The notes: a model not told the origin generated them from the letters alone. DNA of 64,000 nt from an uncultured delta proteobacterium (GCA_963840855.1 CAWJBB010000041.1:269538-333537); one strand, 5' to 3'. Positions 49,033-59,147 are shown, numbered from the stretch's first letter. Translations and numbers: made by a program.

Positions 49033-50058
49033 CTACTCAAGGATCTCCTTGAGCTTTGCGACCATCGCCGGGCTCAATTTGAAGAATCGTCCCACGGTTT
49101 GCTCCACTTCTTCGCCGCTCAAAGGCGCCAGGTCCATTTTGGCTTTTTTTGTCTCCGCGACGAATTCCGAGTCCTTCATCGTTTCCAGGAACGCGCGGCG
49201 CAGGCTCTGGACCCTGTCCTTGGGCGTTCCCGGCGCCAGGGAATAGAGATAAGTGATGGCGCTCGCGTCATGGATTCCGATCTCGATGAACTGTCTTCCT
49301 TCTTCGCTTTTGGCAAGGCTGATGGCCAGAGGAACGTTGGGAAGCTCGGCATGGGGTTTCGGGGCGTTCTGCAGCACGACCACTGCGTCGCCGGTTTCCA
49401 GGGCCCTTCCCCAGGTCGATTTGGCGGACGCCCACGATAGGCCGCAGACGCCGGCAACCTCCTCCGCCTCGGCGGCAAGACGGATCACCGAGGTCCCTTT
49501 GTAACCCGAAACGAGCTGAAGCGGGAGACCCAGGGCTGCCTTCAAGATCTTCGCGACGTCGTCGGTGGTCGAGCTCGGCGCCACGCCGCCCAGCTTGACG
49601 GGCGTCTTGGCCGCCATCCAGCGCTCGACGCTCGTGATCCCGCTGCCCTTGGTCAGCACGCAGGTATCGTGGTTTCTTACCGGCGAACCGATGTATTCGA
49701 ATCTGCGCGCGTCGAATTCGATTCCTTTGTGTCCCGTTACCTGGCCGATGACGAGGGAGCCGATCCAGTTGACGATCGTCAAGCCGTCAGGCTTGGCGAC
49801 TTTGTAGACGTGATTGGCGGCGATGATGCCTCCGGCGCCGGTCATGTTGTCGACAACCACCGCAGGGTTCCCCCGAATGTGCTTGCCCATGTGGCGGGCG
49901 ATGGTTCGGGAATAGGTGTCGAAGCCACCGCCGGCCGCGTAGCCGACCACGATGCGGATCGCTTTGTTTTTGTAGAACGGCTCCTGAGGGAAGACGGAAG
50001 GCGCTGCCACGCTGAAGAGAAACGCCGCTACGATCAGAGCGGCCATCCTTTGTCGCAT
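49033..50058 (-). CDS. TctC/Bug-like substrate-binding protein
   Basis: FYKNKAIRIVVGYAAGGGFD, NMTGAGG, GYKGT, PGTPKDRV. Confidence 0.88.
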   Translation of the reverse strand: MRQRMAALIVAAFLFSVAAPSVFPQEPFYKNKAIRIVVGYAAGGGFDTYSRTIARHMGKHIRGNPAVVVDNMTGAGGIIAANHVYKVAKPDGLTIVNWIGSLVIGQVTGHKGIEFDARRFEYIGSPVRNHDTCVLTKGSGITSVERWMAAKTPVKLGGVAPSSTTDDVAKILKAALGLPLQLVSGYKGTSVIRLAAEAEEVAGVCGLSWASAKSTWGRALETGDAVVVLQNAPKPHAELPNVPLAISLAKSEEGRQFIEIGIHDASAITYLYSLAPGTPKDRVQSLRRAFLETMKDSEFVAETKKAKMDLAPLSGEEVEQTVGRFFKLSPAMVAKLKEILE

Positions 50059-50507
50059 CGGGTGATCCTCCTTTCCGGTTCTTGGGCGCCCAGCATAACG
50101 GACGCGTTCCATTTCGACAACGTGTTTTTTGGATTGCCCTGTCGGTAAAGGGCTCGGGGCAGGTCTTGTTTCTTGCTATTCTGCGCTATCGGTCATATGG
50201 GCAGTGCATGGCACACCCTGGTTACAGTTGTTCAAAACGTTCAAGCCGTTCAATCGCTTTCCTTCGACTTCGCTTCGCGGCGCTCAGGACAGGCGCTCCG
50301 TTCAAAACGTATAAGACAATTACAAATCGCAGGGATAACTTCCACGTTTCGAGAATTCTCGGTCAGTTGGTCTACGTGAAGAAAAGGGGTCGGGAGTCTA
50401 TGTGTGTTGCTGGCCGTGCCGAGGTAGATTCACCGCCGAGGCGCGGCGGACACGAAGCGGATAATATTCAATTTGAAGGGATCGTTAGAATGACGTAGGA
50501 TAATGTT

Positions 50508-50702
50508 ATGGCTAAACACGCGCCCAAAGAAACGCCCAAAAACTCGTTCGCGGAACTCAAAGCGAAACATTTTAGTTCGAAGGGGCGGAAAGAACGAATT
50601 GCCAAAGCTTTGGAGATCTTGAACCGGCCCGGTCCGACTTTCAAGCTAGACAGAGAGACGGTCAAGTGGATTGCTCAGGACGCTGAGATCGAAACTCTTT
50701 AG
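50508..50702 (+). CDS. Putative antitoxin (small gene upstream of a PIN toxin)
   Basis: 64 aa, 2 nt upstream of the PIN gene. Confidence 0.55.
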   Translation: MAKHAPKETPKNSFAELKAKHFSSKGRKERIAKALEILNRPGPTFKLDRETVKWIAQDAEIETL

Positions 50703-50704
50703 TC

Positions 50705-51208
50705 ATGCCGGCGGAGCGGCTCCAGAATCTTCCGGCCGGCAGCCATCTTTTCTTAGACGCAAACATTTTCATTTACGCTTTTCTTGGCCACTCTAGCCAA
50801 TGCCGAGATTTGCTCGGGCGTTGCGCCACGGAGCAGGTTTTCGGAATCACAACCCTTGACGTGGTCAACGAAGTGACCCACAGGATGATGCTTGCTGAGG
50901 CGCTCGGCAACGGCGTTATCAAACGAGATCGAGTTAGGGATTTGCGAGGCAAATGGCGCGAAATTACTAGCCTGGCGGAATACTGGGCGCAAACCTCGGC
51001 CATATTTGCGTTGAACATTCTTGTTCTGCCGTCAGACGAGGCTCGATTGCACCGCGCTCACAGCGTCCGAGCGCGGTACGGGCTGCTTACCAACGACTCG
51101 CTGATCGTGGCGGCCATGGAGGAAAATGGCATTGACAGTCTGGCGACCCGCGACAGCGATTTCGACCACATCTCGGAACTTACGATTTACAAACCTACCG
51201 ATATTTGA
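50705..51208 (+). CDS. vapC: PIN-domain VapC toxin
   Basis: FLDANIFIY, VVNEV, LLTNDSLIVA, LATRDSDFD. Confidence 0.88.
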   Translation: MPAERLQNLPAGSHLFLDANIFIYAFLGHSSQCRDLLGRCATEQVFGITTLDVVNEVTHRMMLAEALGNGVIKRDRVRDLRGKWREITSLAEYWAQTSAIFALNILVLPSDEARLHRAHSVRARYGLLTNDSLIVAAMEENGIDSLATRDSDFDHISELTIYKPTDI

Positions 51209-51680
51209 TGTCGGGGGATGTTTAGGGGACATCCTATAATTTTCCTGTCAAGTCTTAATTTTTCGACACGTATTCATCGAGCTTGTTAGCCCTTTGAGAA
51301 AACGATTTCTTGAACGGCGAGTCTCTCACTTGATTCGAACCCTGCACCTAACCGTTACAGATATTTGGCATACGTCTTTCGGAGCCCATCATCCCTTATC
51401 CAGGTTGCAGTGGTTCAGTGAGAGAGGCCTCGTATATTGTCCCGTACGAGGTCCATTTGGCCTCCACGCTGTTGATCGGGGTCCTCTCGCTCAAATTAAG
51501 GCACCTACGGTTGAACTGCGCATTGTCTTGATTAGAAATGCTGGCCCAAACCACACAACGAAGGCGCAATCGCTGGCCAGATGCGGAATCACAAGCAAAA
51601 TCTCTCTACGTCGAGGCTCAGATCTCAAACGACTGCCAGACAAAGTTAGATATGTAACTGACTCGACAATAAGGTCTCAG

Positions 51681-51962
51681 TTAAAGTTCAGCCAGGCGCC
51701 GGAGCTCCGGTTCGGGCAGGCTATTGCATTTCACAAAAATGTGCTTTTGAAGCTTTGAAGCATGAGGCAGTCCGCCACGCCCAGCGAGGTAATTAAAATT
51801 CGAGATGGCCATAAGCACCGAACCGGTACTGACACCGATATCTTTGGCGAGCGCCGCGTATACGGATTAGGGCGGCGGATATTTAGAGAGGTAGAGAGCG
51901 TTCACGTACTCCACTTCGCTCCAGCGGTGCCATCTTTTTACTTTCTTCTGTTTCTGGGTCAT
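51681..51962 (-). pseudogene. Decayed N-terminal helical domain of an HNH restriction-nuclease-like gene
   Basis: Hand translation HRWSEVEYVNALYL..*..LAKDIGVSTGSVLMAISNF.YLAG.GGLPHASKLQK.IF; internal TAA. Confidence 0.4.
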
Positions 51963-52053
51963 TACTGTTTTACCTCATTAAGGGGAATGGTTTGGATCAA
52001 CAACTGACCGGTGTCGCGACGTTATTATCATACGGCAAAAGCCAATCAAAACA

Positions 52054-52157
52054 GAAAAGGGGTCGGGATGTTGACTAGTTATACCCTTTTCGTGGTACTG
52101 GTTAGACCATGTCGCGTCCATTGCGGATTCAGTTTTCCCGGTGCGGTGTATCACATT
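52054..52157 (+). pseudogene. Left terminal repeat plus 5' remnant of a second Y1 transposase
   Basis: gaaaaggggtcggga, then ATG 52109 MSRPLRIQF(+1)PGAVYHI, the typical RAYT N-terminus. Confidence 0.65.
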
Positions 52158-52196
52158 GGGCGAAACATTAGTATAGGCTACCTGAGGAGGTGCAGC

Positions 52197-53267
52197 ATGA
52201 AAAAACTCTTGTTGATCACTCTCGTCCTTTTTCTGGGTTGCTCGTTTTGGGATACTGCCGCCGCTGCCGCTGACGGGTATCTTACCGCCGGCAGCCGTGA
52301 CGAGGTCGTAGCCAAGGCTAAGAAAGAAGGTAAGCTCCGTGTAATCTCCTCTTTGGACGGAGGAACCTTTAAACCCATGATGGCATCTTTTTCTAAGAAA
52401 TACCCGTTCATTGATATCCGTATGCAGGAAATTGGCGGCACGGACGGTTACCAGCGGTTTCTGCTCGAGTTAAAAGCGGGAACTGTGAAGGACTTCGACA
52501 CTTCCGAGGCGAGTTCAGAATTCTACATCGAAAACGCCGCCCACGCGATGAAATTCGACATCCTGGGTATGGCCCAAAAGGGCGTGCTACGAATCAATCC
52601 CAAGATGGTCGACCCTGACTACCGCAATGTTGTTTCGGTAGCAAGCACGATCTGCTCGATTGCCTATAACAAGACCCGCCTTTCAGAGGCTGCACTTCCT
52701 GCAAAGTGGGAAGACTTTCTCAAGCCGCAGTTTAAGGGCCGAAAATTTATCGCAGACGTCCGGCCCCAGTGCATGGCTTCCCTGATGGCGGGAATGGGTG
52801 AAGAGTGGGTGCTAAAATACGCGCGTCAAATAAAGGAACAAGACCCTGTCTGGCTCCGCGGCAATCAGCGCGCGATGAGCGCTCTGGCAAGCGGAGAGGA
52901 GGCGATTCACCAGATGACTTTTTATCAAAGCTGCGTCGAAGCCGCCAGAAAAGACCCGACCAATTCTCTCCAGTGCAAGATTATCGAGCCCGCACCGGTG
53001 TACTTGCGTGAGAATCACTTTATTCTAAAGAGCGCTTCCCATCCGTATGCTGCCCTTCTTTTTATCGAGCATATGGCCAGTCCTGAAGGGCAAAAAATAA
53101 TCGACGAATACGAACCAATAAAATCCAGCATCTTTGGCGATGGAGAAGTGGCAAGGGTCGCGAAGGGAAAAAAAGTTGCCGTCAACGACTTTCGAACCTT
53201 CCAAAACACGCCCAAGTGGATGGCGATGGTCGTCGAGGCCTACGGTTTTCCGCGCGCGGACAAATGA
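52197..53267 (+). CDS. Extracellular solute-binding protein
   Basis: Signal peptide; VAKAKKEGKL, KWEDFLKPQFKG, HPYAALLFIE..SPEGQ; RBS gaggagg. Confidence 0.85.
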   Translation: MKKLLLITLVLFLGCSFWDTAAAAADGYLTAGSRDEVVAKAKKEGKLRVISSLDGGTFKPMMASFSKKYPFIDIRMQEIGGTDGYQRFLLELKAGTVKDFDTSEASSEFYIENAAHAMKFDILGMAQKGVLRINPKMVDPDYRNVVSVASTICSIAYNKTRLSEAALPAKWEDFLKPQFKGRKFIADVRPQCMASLMAGMGEEWVLKYARQIKEQDPVWLRGNQRAMSALASGEEAIHQMTFYQSCVEAARKDPTNSLQCKIIEPAPVYLRENHFILKSASHPYAALLFIEHMASPEGQKIIDEYEPIKSSIFGDGEVARVAKGKKVAVNDFRTFQNTPKWMAMVVEAYGFPRADK

Positions 53268-53412
53268 TCAACCCGCTCGTATAACTATTAATCGAGATCG
53301 AGGTATCGCTTCTGTCGTAGGTCAAGATTTGACCCCGGCTGATATTCAAACGCTTGGCAAAAAGCTTCGGCTGTAATACAGATCGGGGCGGACCAGAGAT
53401 GGGAAAAGCGTT

Positions 53413-54654
53413 ATGAGCTTCAGCGAAATCTTAAGAACGTCTGCTTTGCTTCTCATTGATTTTCAAAACGACTTCATTGATCCGCCCGATACGCTCGCTG
53501 ATCTCGGAATCAAGCCGATACCCGGCAATGATCGTATTGCAGCCTTCCGGAACGCGAGGATGTTGTTAGAGTCAGTCCGCGACGCGAATCGACCTGTCTT
53601 TCACGTGAGGACGGCTTTTCGGCCTGACCTTGCAGATTGCTTATTTTCCCCCTTTTGGATTGAACGTATCGGCTCAAAGATTCCCTTCTTGGTGGAAGGA
53701 AGCCATGGCGCTTCCTTTGTAAAAGAGATTGCCACTCGGCCCTCTGACTTCATCGTTACAAAGAAAGGGCACAGCGCGTTTCAGCACACTCCCCTGGATC
53801 GCATGCTCACGGAACAGAACGTGAACAGTTGCATCGTGGCCGGCTTTAGCGGAGTTGCCGGGAACGTGGACGACACGGTCAGACAAGGAGCTGCGTTTGG
53901 CTATGACATCGTCCTCATTTCAGACGCAAGTTTTCCGCTTGATTCCTCCCACTCGGGCTCTCTAAGAAATCGGGCGTTAATCCAAACTACGACGGAAACG
54001 GTAGACGAACTATCAAAAATGGATCAGCACGCAGCCGAGCGTGAAAGTGGCCTAAGGCCCGCGCTAATTGTTGTGGACATGCAAAACGACTCTATCCATC
54101 GAGACGGATGCAATGAGCGTTTAGGATTTTCGCACTTAACAGACGCGGAGAGAAAGTTAATCATTTCGAACAATCAGCGCTTGAGCAACTTCATGCGGGA
54201 AAAAGGATGGCCGGTTGTTTATGTAAATCTGGCTCATCGGATAGATCTCTCCGACAGTGCCAGCCCTAAAATGGTTCACAGAAATAAACAGTTGCCGTCT
54301 GGAACCGGCCGGCGCACGGAAGGAAGCTGGGGAGCTCAGACCGTAGCCGAACTTGCGCCACAAGAAAAAGACTACGTGCTCATCAAGAAGGGGCAAAGCG
54401 CATTCGGTTTCACTCCCCTGCATCGGTTGCTTAGGAATTTGGCCATAAACCGCTGCTTCGTAACCGGGGGTGCAGTCACCGGATGTGTGTCCGACACCGT
54501 TCGGGAAGGAGCCGGGTTGGGGTACCGTACAGTTGTGGTTTCTGATGCTACCTATCCGCCTAGATCTCCTCATCTAGCATCGCTGGCAGGCAGGGCAGAG
54601 ATTAAAACCACAGACGAGGTTATGAGAGTTCTTCAATCTGAAGAAGAGCTATAG
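53413..54654 (+). CDS. Tandem isochorismatase/cysteine hydrolase domain protein
   Basis: ALLLIDFQND..KKGHSAF and ALIVVDMQND..KKGQSAF..TGCVSDTVR. Confidence 0.85.
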   Translation: MSFSEILRTSALLLIDFQNDFIDPPDTLADLGIKPIPGNDRIAAFRNARMLLESVRDANRPVFHVRTAFRPDLADCLFSPFWIERIGSKIPFLVEGSHGASFVKEIATRPSDFIVTKKGHSAFQHTPLDRMLTEQNVNSCIVAGFSGVAGNVDDTVRQGAAFGYDIVLISDASFPLDSSHSGSLRNRALIQTTTETVDELSKMDQHAAERESGLRPALIVVDMQNDSIHRDGCNERLGFSHLTDAERKLIISNNQRLSNFMREKGWPVVYVNLAHRIDLSDSASPKMVHRNKQLPSGTGRRTEGSWGAQTVAELAPQEKDYVLIKKGQSAFGFTPLHRLLRNLAINRCFVTGGAVTGCVSDTVREGAGLGYRTVVVSDATYPPRSPHLASLAGRAEIKTTDEVMRVLQSEEEL

Positions 54655-54675
54655 AGTCGACGAATGGAGGCATGA

Positions 54676-55797
54676 ATGAAAGAAACTTACATGAATGTGA
54701 TTAGGGTGTCTTGCTGGACGCTGTCGTGCTGGGCGTTTTTGACCAGTGCCGTGTTCGGAGCTGACGCGACGCTTGCGAGCGCCAAAAAGGCTGCTGAATC
54801 TAAAGGCTATATCTTCGAAACCAGTCATGACGAGATCGTGGCTAAGGCTAAAAAGGAAGGAAAACTTCGTGTTTTGGTTGCGCTTGATCCACGCTCGATC
54901 AAGGCCGCCAGCGAGGCATTCAAGAAGAAGTATCCATTTATTGACGCTCGCGTGGAAGAGCTTAACGGGCTTGAGAAGTATACCCGCATGGTTCACGAGA
55001 TGAAGGCCGGGCTTGCCAGGGGATGGGATGTCAACTATTTGGCCTTCGAACACTACAATGACTATCTTCCGTACCAAAAAAAGTTCGACCTGCTCGGGAT
55101 GGCGCAGCACGGAATTATTAGAATTTCGCCAAGATTGGTAGATCCAGTGAATCGTCATATTGTCGCGGTGCAAAGCAACATTCAGGTGGTCGCATACAAC
55201 AAAGAACTTATTTCAGAGGAAAAGGTGCCAAATAGCTGGGAGGACTTTCTTAGGCCTGAATTCAAGGACAAAAAGTTCGTTGTCGATGTCAGACCTAAAA
55301 CTCTAGCTGCGCTCGTTCCAACTTGGGGCCTGGAGAAAGTTCTTGACTTCTCTCGCAAAATTGCTGCTCAACAACCTATATGGTTCAGGGGAGATGCTCG
55401 CGTCCTCACTTTTATGCTGGCAGGAGAGCAGCGCCTGTTCTTCGGACCAAATTACAAGACTCTCAAAGAGATCCAGCTTAAGGACCCGAGGGGCGTTTTG
55501 GGGTCCAAAATAGCGGAACCTGTTCCCACTCGACTCACCGAAGCCGAAGCCGTGCTAAGTACGGCAGGAAATCCTTATGCCGGTCTTTTGTGGCTGGAGT
55601 TCGTCTGCAGTCCGGAAGGGCAGAAGCTTTTAGATGAAATTGATCTGGCCGCCTCTCTGTTTACTCCCGGCTCGATTCACGAGCAGATAACGAGGGGAAA
55701 AACAATATCGGTTATGGCGTGGGAGCATTATACAAAGATGGGACACTACGAAGAACAAATCGTAAAGGCATTTGGATTTCCAACAGCAGCGCCATGA
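54676..55797 (+). CDS. Extracellular solute-binding protein (paralog of 52197-53267)
   Basis: IVAKAKKEGKLRV, SWEDFLRPEFKDKKF, NPYAGLLWLEF..SPEGQ. Confidence 0.85.
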   Translation: MKETYMNVIRVSCWTLSCWAFLTSAVFGADATLASAKKAAESKGYIFETSHDEIVAKAKKEGKLRVLVALDPRSIKAASEAFKKKYPFIDARVEELNGLEKYTRMVHEMKAGLARGWDVNYLAFEHYNDYLPYQKKFDLLGMAQHGIIRISPRLVDPVNRHIVAVQSNIQVVAYNKELISEEKVPNSWEDFLRPEFKDKKFVVDVRPKTLAALVPTWGLEKVLDFSRKIAAQQPIWFRGDARVLTFMLAGEQRLFFGPNYKTLKEIQLKDPRGVLGSKIAEPVPTRLTEAEAVLSTAGNPYAGLLWLEFVCSPEGQKLLDEIDLAASLFTPGSIHEQITRGKTISVMAWEHYTKMGHYEEQIVKAFGFPTAAP

Positions 55798-56155
55798 CGA
55801 TATGGGTGGTGCCGTCCTTGAACGAACTCTTAATATAACGGACAAACTTCGGGTCGCCCATTAGCGGGCAGGTCAAGGGGGCACAAACGTTCCTGTGAGA
55901 ATTTTCTTAAGGCTGGGGAAGCGGTTGCATCGCGATTGCTCCGTCTTCAGTCGGCTGTACGCAACGTACGCGGCTAACCGCGACCTGAAGTTGGAGGCGC
56001 AGTTTGCGAGTGAGCTTCGACAATAAAGCAATACGAAAGCCCGACACCGACAAGCCTGTTGCCCAGAAAATCCTCTGCTGGAAAACCCGGCCCGGCAGTA
56101 CCCTAACAAACGCAATAGGCCGTTCCGTGCTGCGACCCGCTAAGATTCGCCCCGG

Positions 56156-56887
56156 TCAGAGCCTGCTCCAGCGTTCTCCCCTTTTGAGCAATTGCTCATA
56201 GTATCGCCACTCGGCCAGCGGTCGGCCCGATTTACTTTGTTTCACTTCAACGAGCGATTCAAATTTCTCCACCGCCGCGCGTGAAACCGGCTTGACCTTT
56301 CCGAGTGGCGCCGCCAGCATCGTCATCTTGGCCGCGCGTTCAAGCTGCAGCATGTTCACGCAGGCTTCTTCGAGGGTTTCGCCGGTGACCACCGCCCCGT
56401 GACCTTCGATCACTACGGCGCAGCATTTTTCTAACGCTTTGGTTACGATCTCGCCATGCTCCGGTAACGATCCATACACCCACGGCACGATTGGAACTTC
56501 CTCAAATTTGTGACGGTGAAGGATTCCGACGACGTGCTGTCCGACCGCCGCCAGCGCTACAGCCATGGCCGGATGACAATGAACTATTCCGCCAACGTTT
56601 TTGAACGCCTTATAGGGCGAGGTGTAAAAATAAATTTCAAAACCCGGCCCGGCCCCTTCGCGCAATCCCGAAATGCGATTTCCCTCTAAATCAAACTCGA
56701 GCACATCATCTTGCGGCACTGTTGGATCAATGGGCGGCCGTATGTGCCGCAACAGGAAATGATCGCCATCAGGCGTCCTGGCGCTGACATGTCCCATCAT
56801 ATCGGAAAGCTCCCAGGCCAGAATATCGATGGCGGTGGCGATAGTCCCTTTTAATTGGGCAATTTCCTTTTCTCTACGATTATCCAT
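56156..56887 (-). CDS. Class II aldolase/adducin family protein
   Basis: GHVSAR, IVHCHP, EGHGAVVTGETLEEA...LERAA. Confidence 0.85.
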   Translation of the reverse strand: MDNRREKEIAQLKGTIATAIDILAWELSDMMGHVSARTPDGDHFLLRHIRPPIDPTVPQDDVLEFDLEGNRISGLREGAGPGFEIYFYTSPYKAFKNVGGIVHCHPAMAVALAAVGQHVVGILHRHKFEEVPIVPWVYGSLPEHGEIVTKALEKCCAVVIEGHGAVVTGETLEEACVNMLQLERAAKMTMLAAPLGKVKPVSRAAVEKFESLVEVKQSKSGRPLAEWRYYEQLLKRGERWSRL

Positions 56888-57007
56888 GTAGCCTCCAAAC
56901 TATGACTCAAAGTTTTCGCGGCCTGACAGCTCGACTTCACGTAACTGCCGAGCGTCTCCAGAGCAAAAAAATGCAGCATGTTCATAGCACAGAGAAACTA
57001 CGATTGG

Positions 57008-57149
57008 AATGAAGCTCCTCGGAGCAAAGCTCCGAGGTATCTTGCGAAATTCTCCGAAGCCCTTCCACCCTCCTTCGCCAAGGCTACGGAGGGTTCTCCT
57101 CGCCTTCATCCCCGCAGCAAGCTGCGAGGTATTCGGCGAAGGAGAATAA
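57008..57149 (+). mobile_element. R1 hairpin element copy 3 (142 bp, minimal form)
   Basis: aatgaagctcctcggagcaaagctccgag...ccccgcagcaagctgcgag...ggagaataa. Confidence 0.7.
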
Positions 57150-57452
57150 ATCCCAGACGCGTAACGAAAATGGGAGATTGGCGTCAGACTTATCGTATTT
57201 GGGCAACGAGGGAGTCGTTCAAGCCGACTGCGGCGGTGCTTGCAGAATTAGCTAATTCAGTTGGAGCGGCCCGGCGTGCTTCCTTGAGATTCATGGGGGA
57301 AGGCGAGGATCGGGGCATAACTATTTCATCTTTAATCACGATAACGGAAGAGTTTGGGGCGGGCTGGACATCTGCCTCTCGATTAGGGTACGAAAGAGCG
57401 TCGTCGCGGCCTTCGTGAAACGCTCGGCTCGCGCTTGGAAAGGAGGCTGGGC

Positions 57453-58560
57453 ATGCAAAACCGGATCGCCGTCCTGATTGCGGCCGTCATTTTTCTGTCG
57501 CTCACCGCCGGGCGGGTGCTGGCCGACTGGAAGAGCGAGTGGGAGCGGGTGCTGGAGGCGGCGAAAAGAGAAGGTCGGCTGAACCTTTACGTGAATCGGT
57601 ACGGCCAGGCGCCGCTGCTCGAGGAGTTCCGCAAGGACCATCCGGAAATCCGCGTCGTTACCGTGACCGGTGGCGGGAGCCAGCTAGTATCCCGGGTCAT
57701 GGCGGAGGCCCGGGCCGGCAACGTCGTCGCCGATCTCTTCAGCGGCGGGTCCGGCACCGCGCTGACCCTGCACCGTGGCAAGGTCTTGGAGCCTCTCAAG
57801 CCCGCCTTCATTCTTCCCGAGGTGCTGGATGAATCCAAGTGGTACGGCAGCCCGGCACGCCTTCACTGACCCCGAACGCCAGTTCGTGTTCTCCTATATC
57901 GTCCTGCCTGGATTGCGCGGCCTGAGCTACAACAGGAACCTGGTTGACCCCGGGGAGTTCCGCTCTTACCGCGACCTTGTGAATCCCAAGTGGAAGGGGA
58001 GGATCGTCTCCCAGAGGCCCGCCTTGGGCGGCGGCATCACCGCTCATCTCCAGTTCTACTATCACCATCCGGAATTGGGGCCCGACTTCATACGGCGCTT
58101 CTTCGGCGCAATGGGCATGACCTTCGGCGACCAGCGCACGATCGACGATTGGCTGGCGGCCGGGAAGTTCGCCATCTGCCTCGGCTGCCGGGAGATCGAC
58201 AAGGCCAAAAGCCAGGGGCTGCCAGTGGAGCACTTCGAGATGGGGGAATGGAAAGAAGGAGAGCCTCTCAGCACGGGCGGCGGCTCCTTGGGCCTCATGC
58301 GCGGAGCCCCTCATCCTAATGCGGCCCGAGTTTTTATCAACTGGTTCCTTTCGCGCAGGGGGCAGACCGCGCTCCAGATGTCCAACGACCTCTCGGGCGC
58401 ACACCCTCCCTACTCGCGCAGGATCGACATCCCCAAGGAGATGCTGCCGCCGGAAGTCAGGCTCGTGCCGGGGCGAAGATACCTGGACCTGACCCTGCCG
58501 GAGTTCACCGATCTCGCTCCCATCGACCGCCTGCTCAAGGAGATTTTCGGGACGCGGTAG
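57453..58560 (+). CDS. Extracellular solute-binding protein, +1 frameshift near 57850
   Basis: WERVLEAAKREG..ILPEVLDESKWY in one frame; DLVNPKWKG..APHPNAARVFINW in the +1 frame. Confidence 0.8.
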
Positions 58561-58628
58561 ACCTCCCATCACATCACGCGACGAGGCTGGCGCAGACAAG
58601 AAATTTTTCTCGAACAAGGATTCACGAT

Positions 58629-58673
58629 TCCGCGGTCGTCAGAAACGTCATGAAGAGACTCCCGACCCGTTTT
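58629..58673 (+). repeat. 3' remnant of the Y1 transposase plus right terminal repeat
   Basis: ccgcggtcgtc...tcatgaagagactcccgaccc matches 48574-48613. Confidence 0.65.
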
Positions 58674-58694
58674 TGATGTCTCTCAACCGATATC

Positions 58695-59147
58695 ATGCGG
58701 TTTTTCAGCCGTACTCCAGTCAGGACATTTCTCATTTATCCCTTGGTTGTTCTTGCGTGGGAATTGCTGACGCATGGCGGGCGCATTGATGTAAACCTCT
58801 GGTTTTTGCCACTGCTGCTCTGGGGCTACTTACAGTATCGCATGTGCGGGAAGTATCGGATGACGCGCGGCGGCGGCGGTCCCGGCCCGGATGTTCCGGG
58901 GGAGAGATTGGTCGATAGCGGCCTCTACGCCTACACCCGCAACCCCATGTATCTCGGCCATATCATTTTTCTCACCGGGCTGGCTCTCACTCTCCAATCT
59001 TGGCTCGCCGCGTTGATCACTCTACTGGTTGCGATCTGGTTTCACTTTCGCGTGCTTGCCGACGAAAAGAATTTAGCTTGCGCTTTAGGCGCGCCCTACG
59101 TTACCTACACCAAGCGTGTTAAGCGCTGGATACCGGGGCTCTTTTAG
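58695..59147 (+). CDS. Isoprenylcysteine carboxyl methyltransferase family membrane protein
   Basis: LVDSGLYAYTRNPMYLG, DE..L...GAPY..Y...V.RWIP. Confidence 0.85.
   Translation: MRFFSRTPVRTFLIYPLVVLAWELLTHGGRIDVNLWFLPLLLWGYLQYRMCGKYRMTRGGGGPGPDVPGERLVDSGLYAYTRNPMYLGHIIFLTGLALTLQSWLAALITLLVAIWFHFRVLADEKNLACALGAPYVTYTKRVKRWIPGLF

Noticed and set aside
51294-52007. Plus-strand ORFs 51294-51758 and 51762-52007
   Set aside because: No motifs or RBS; they overlap a more plausible minus-strand remnant
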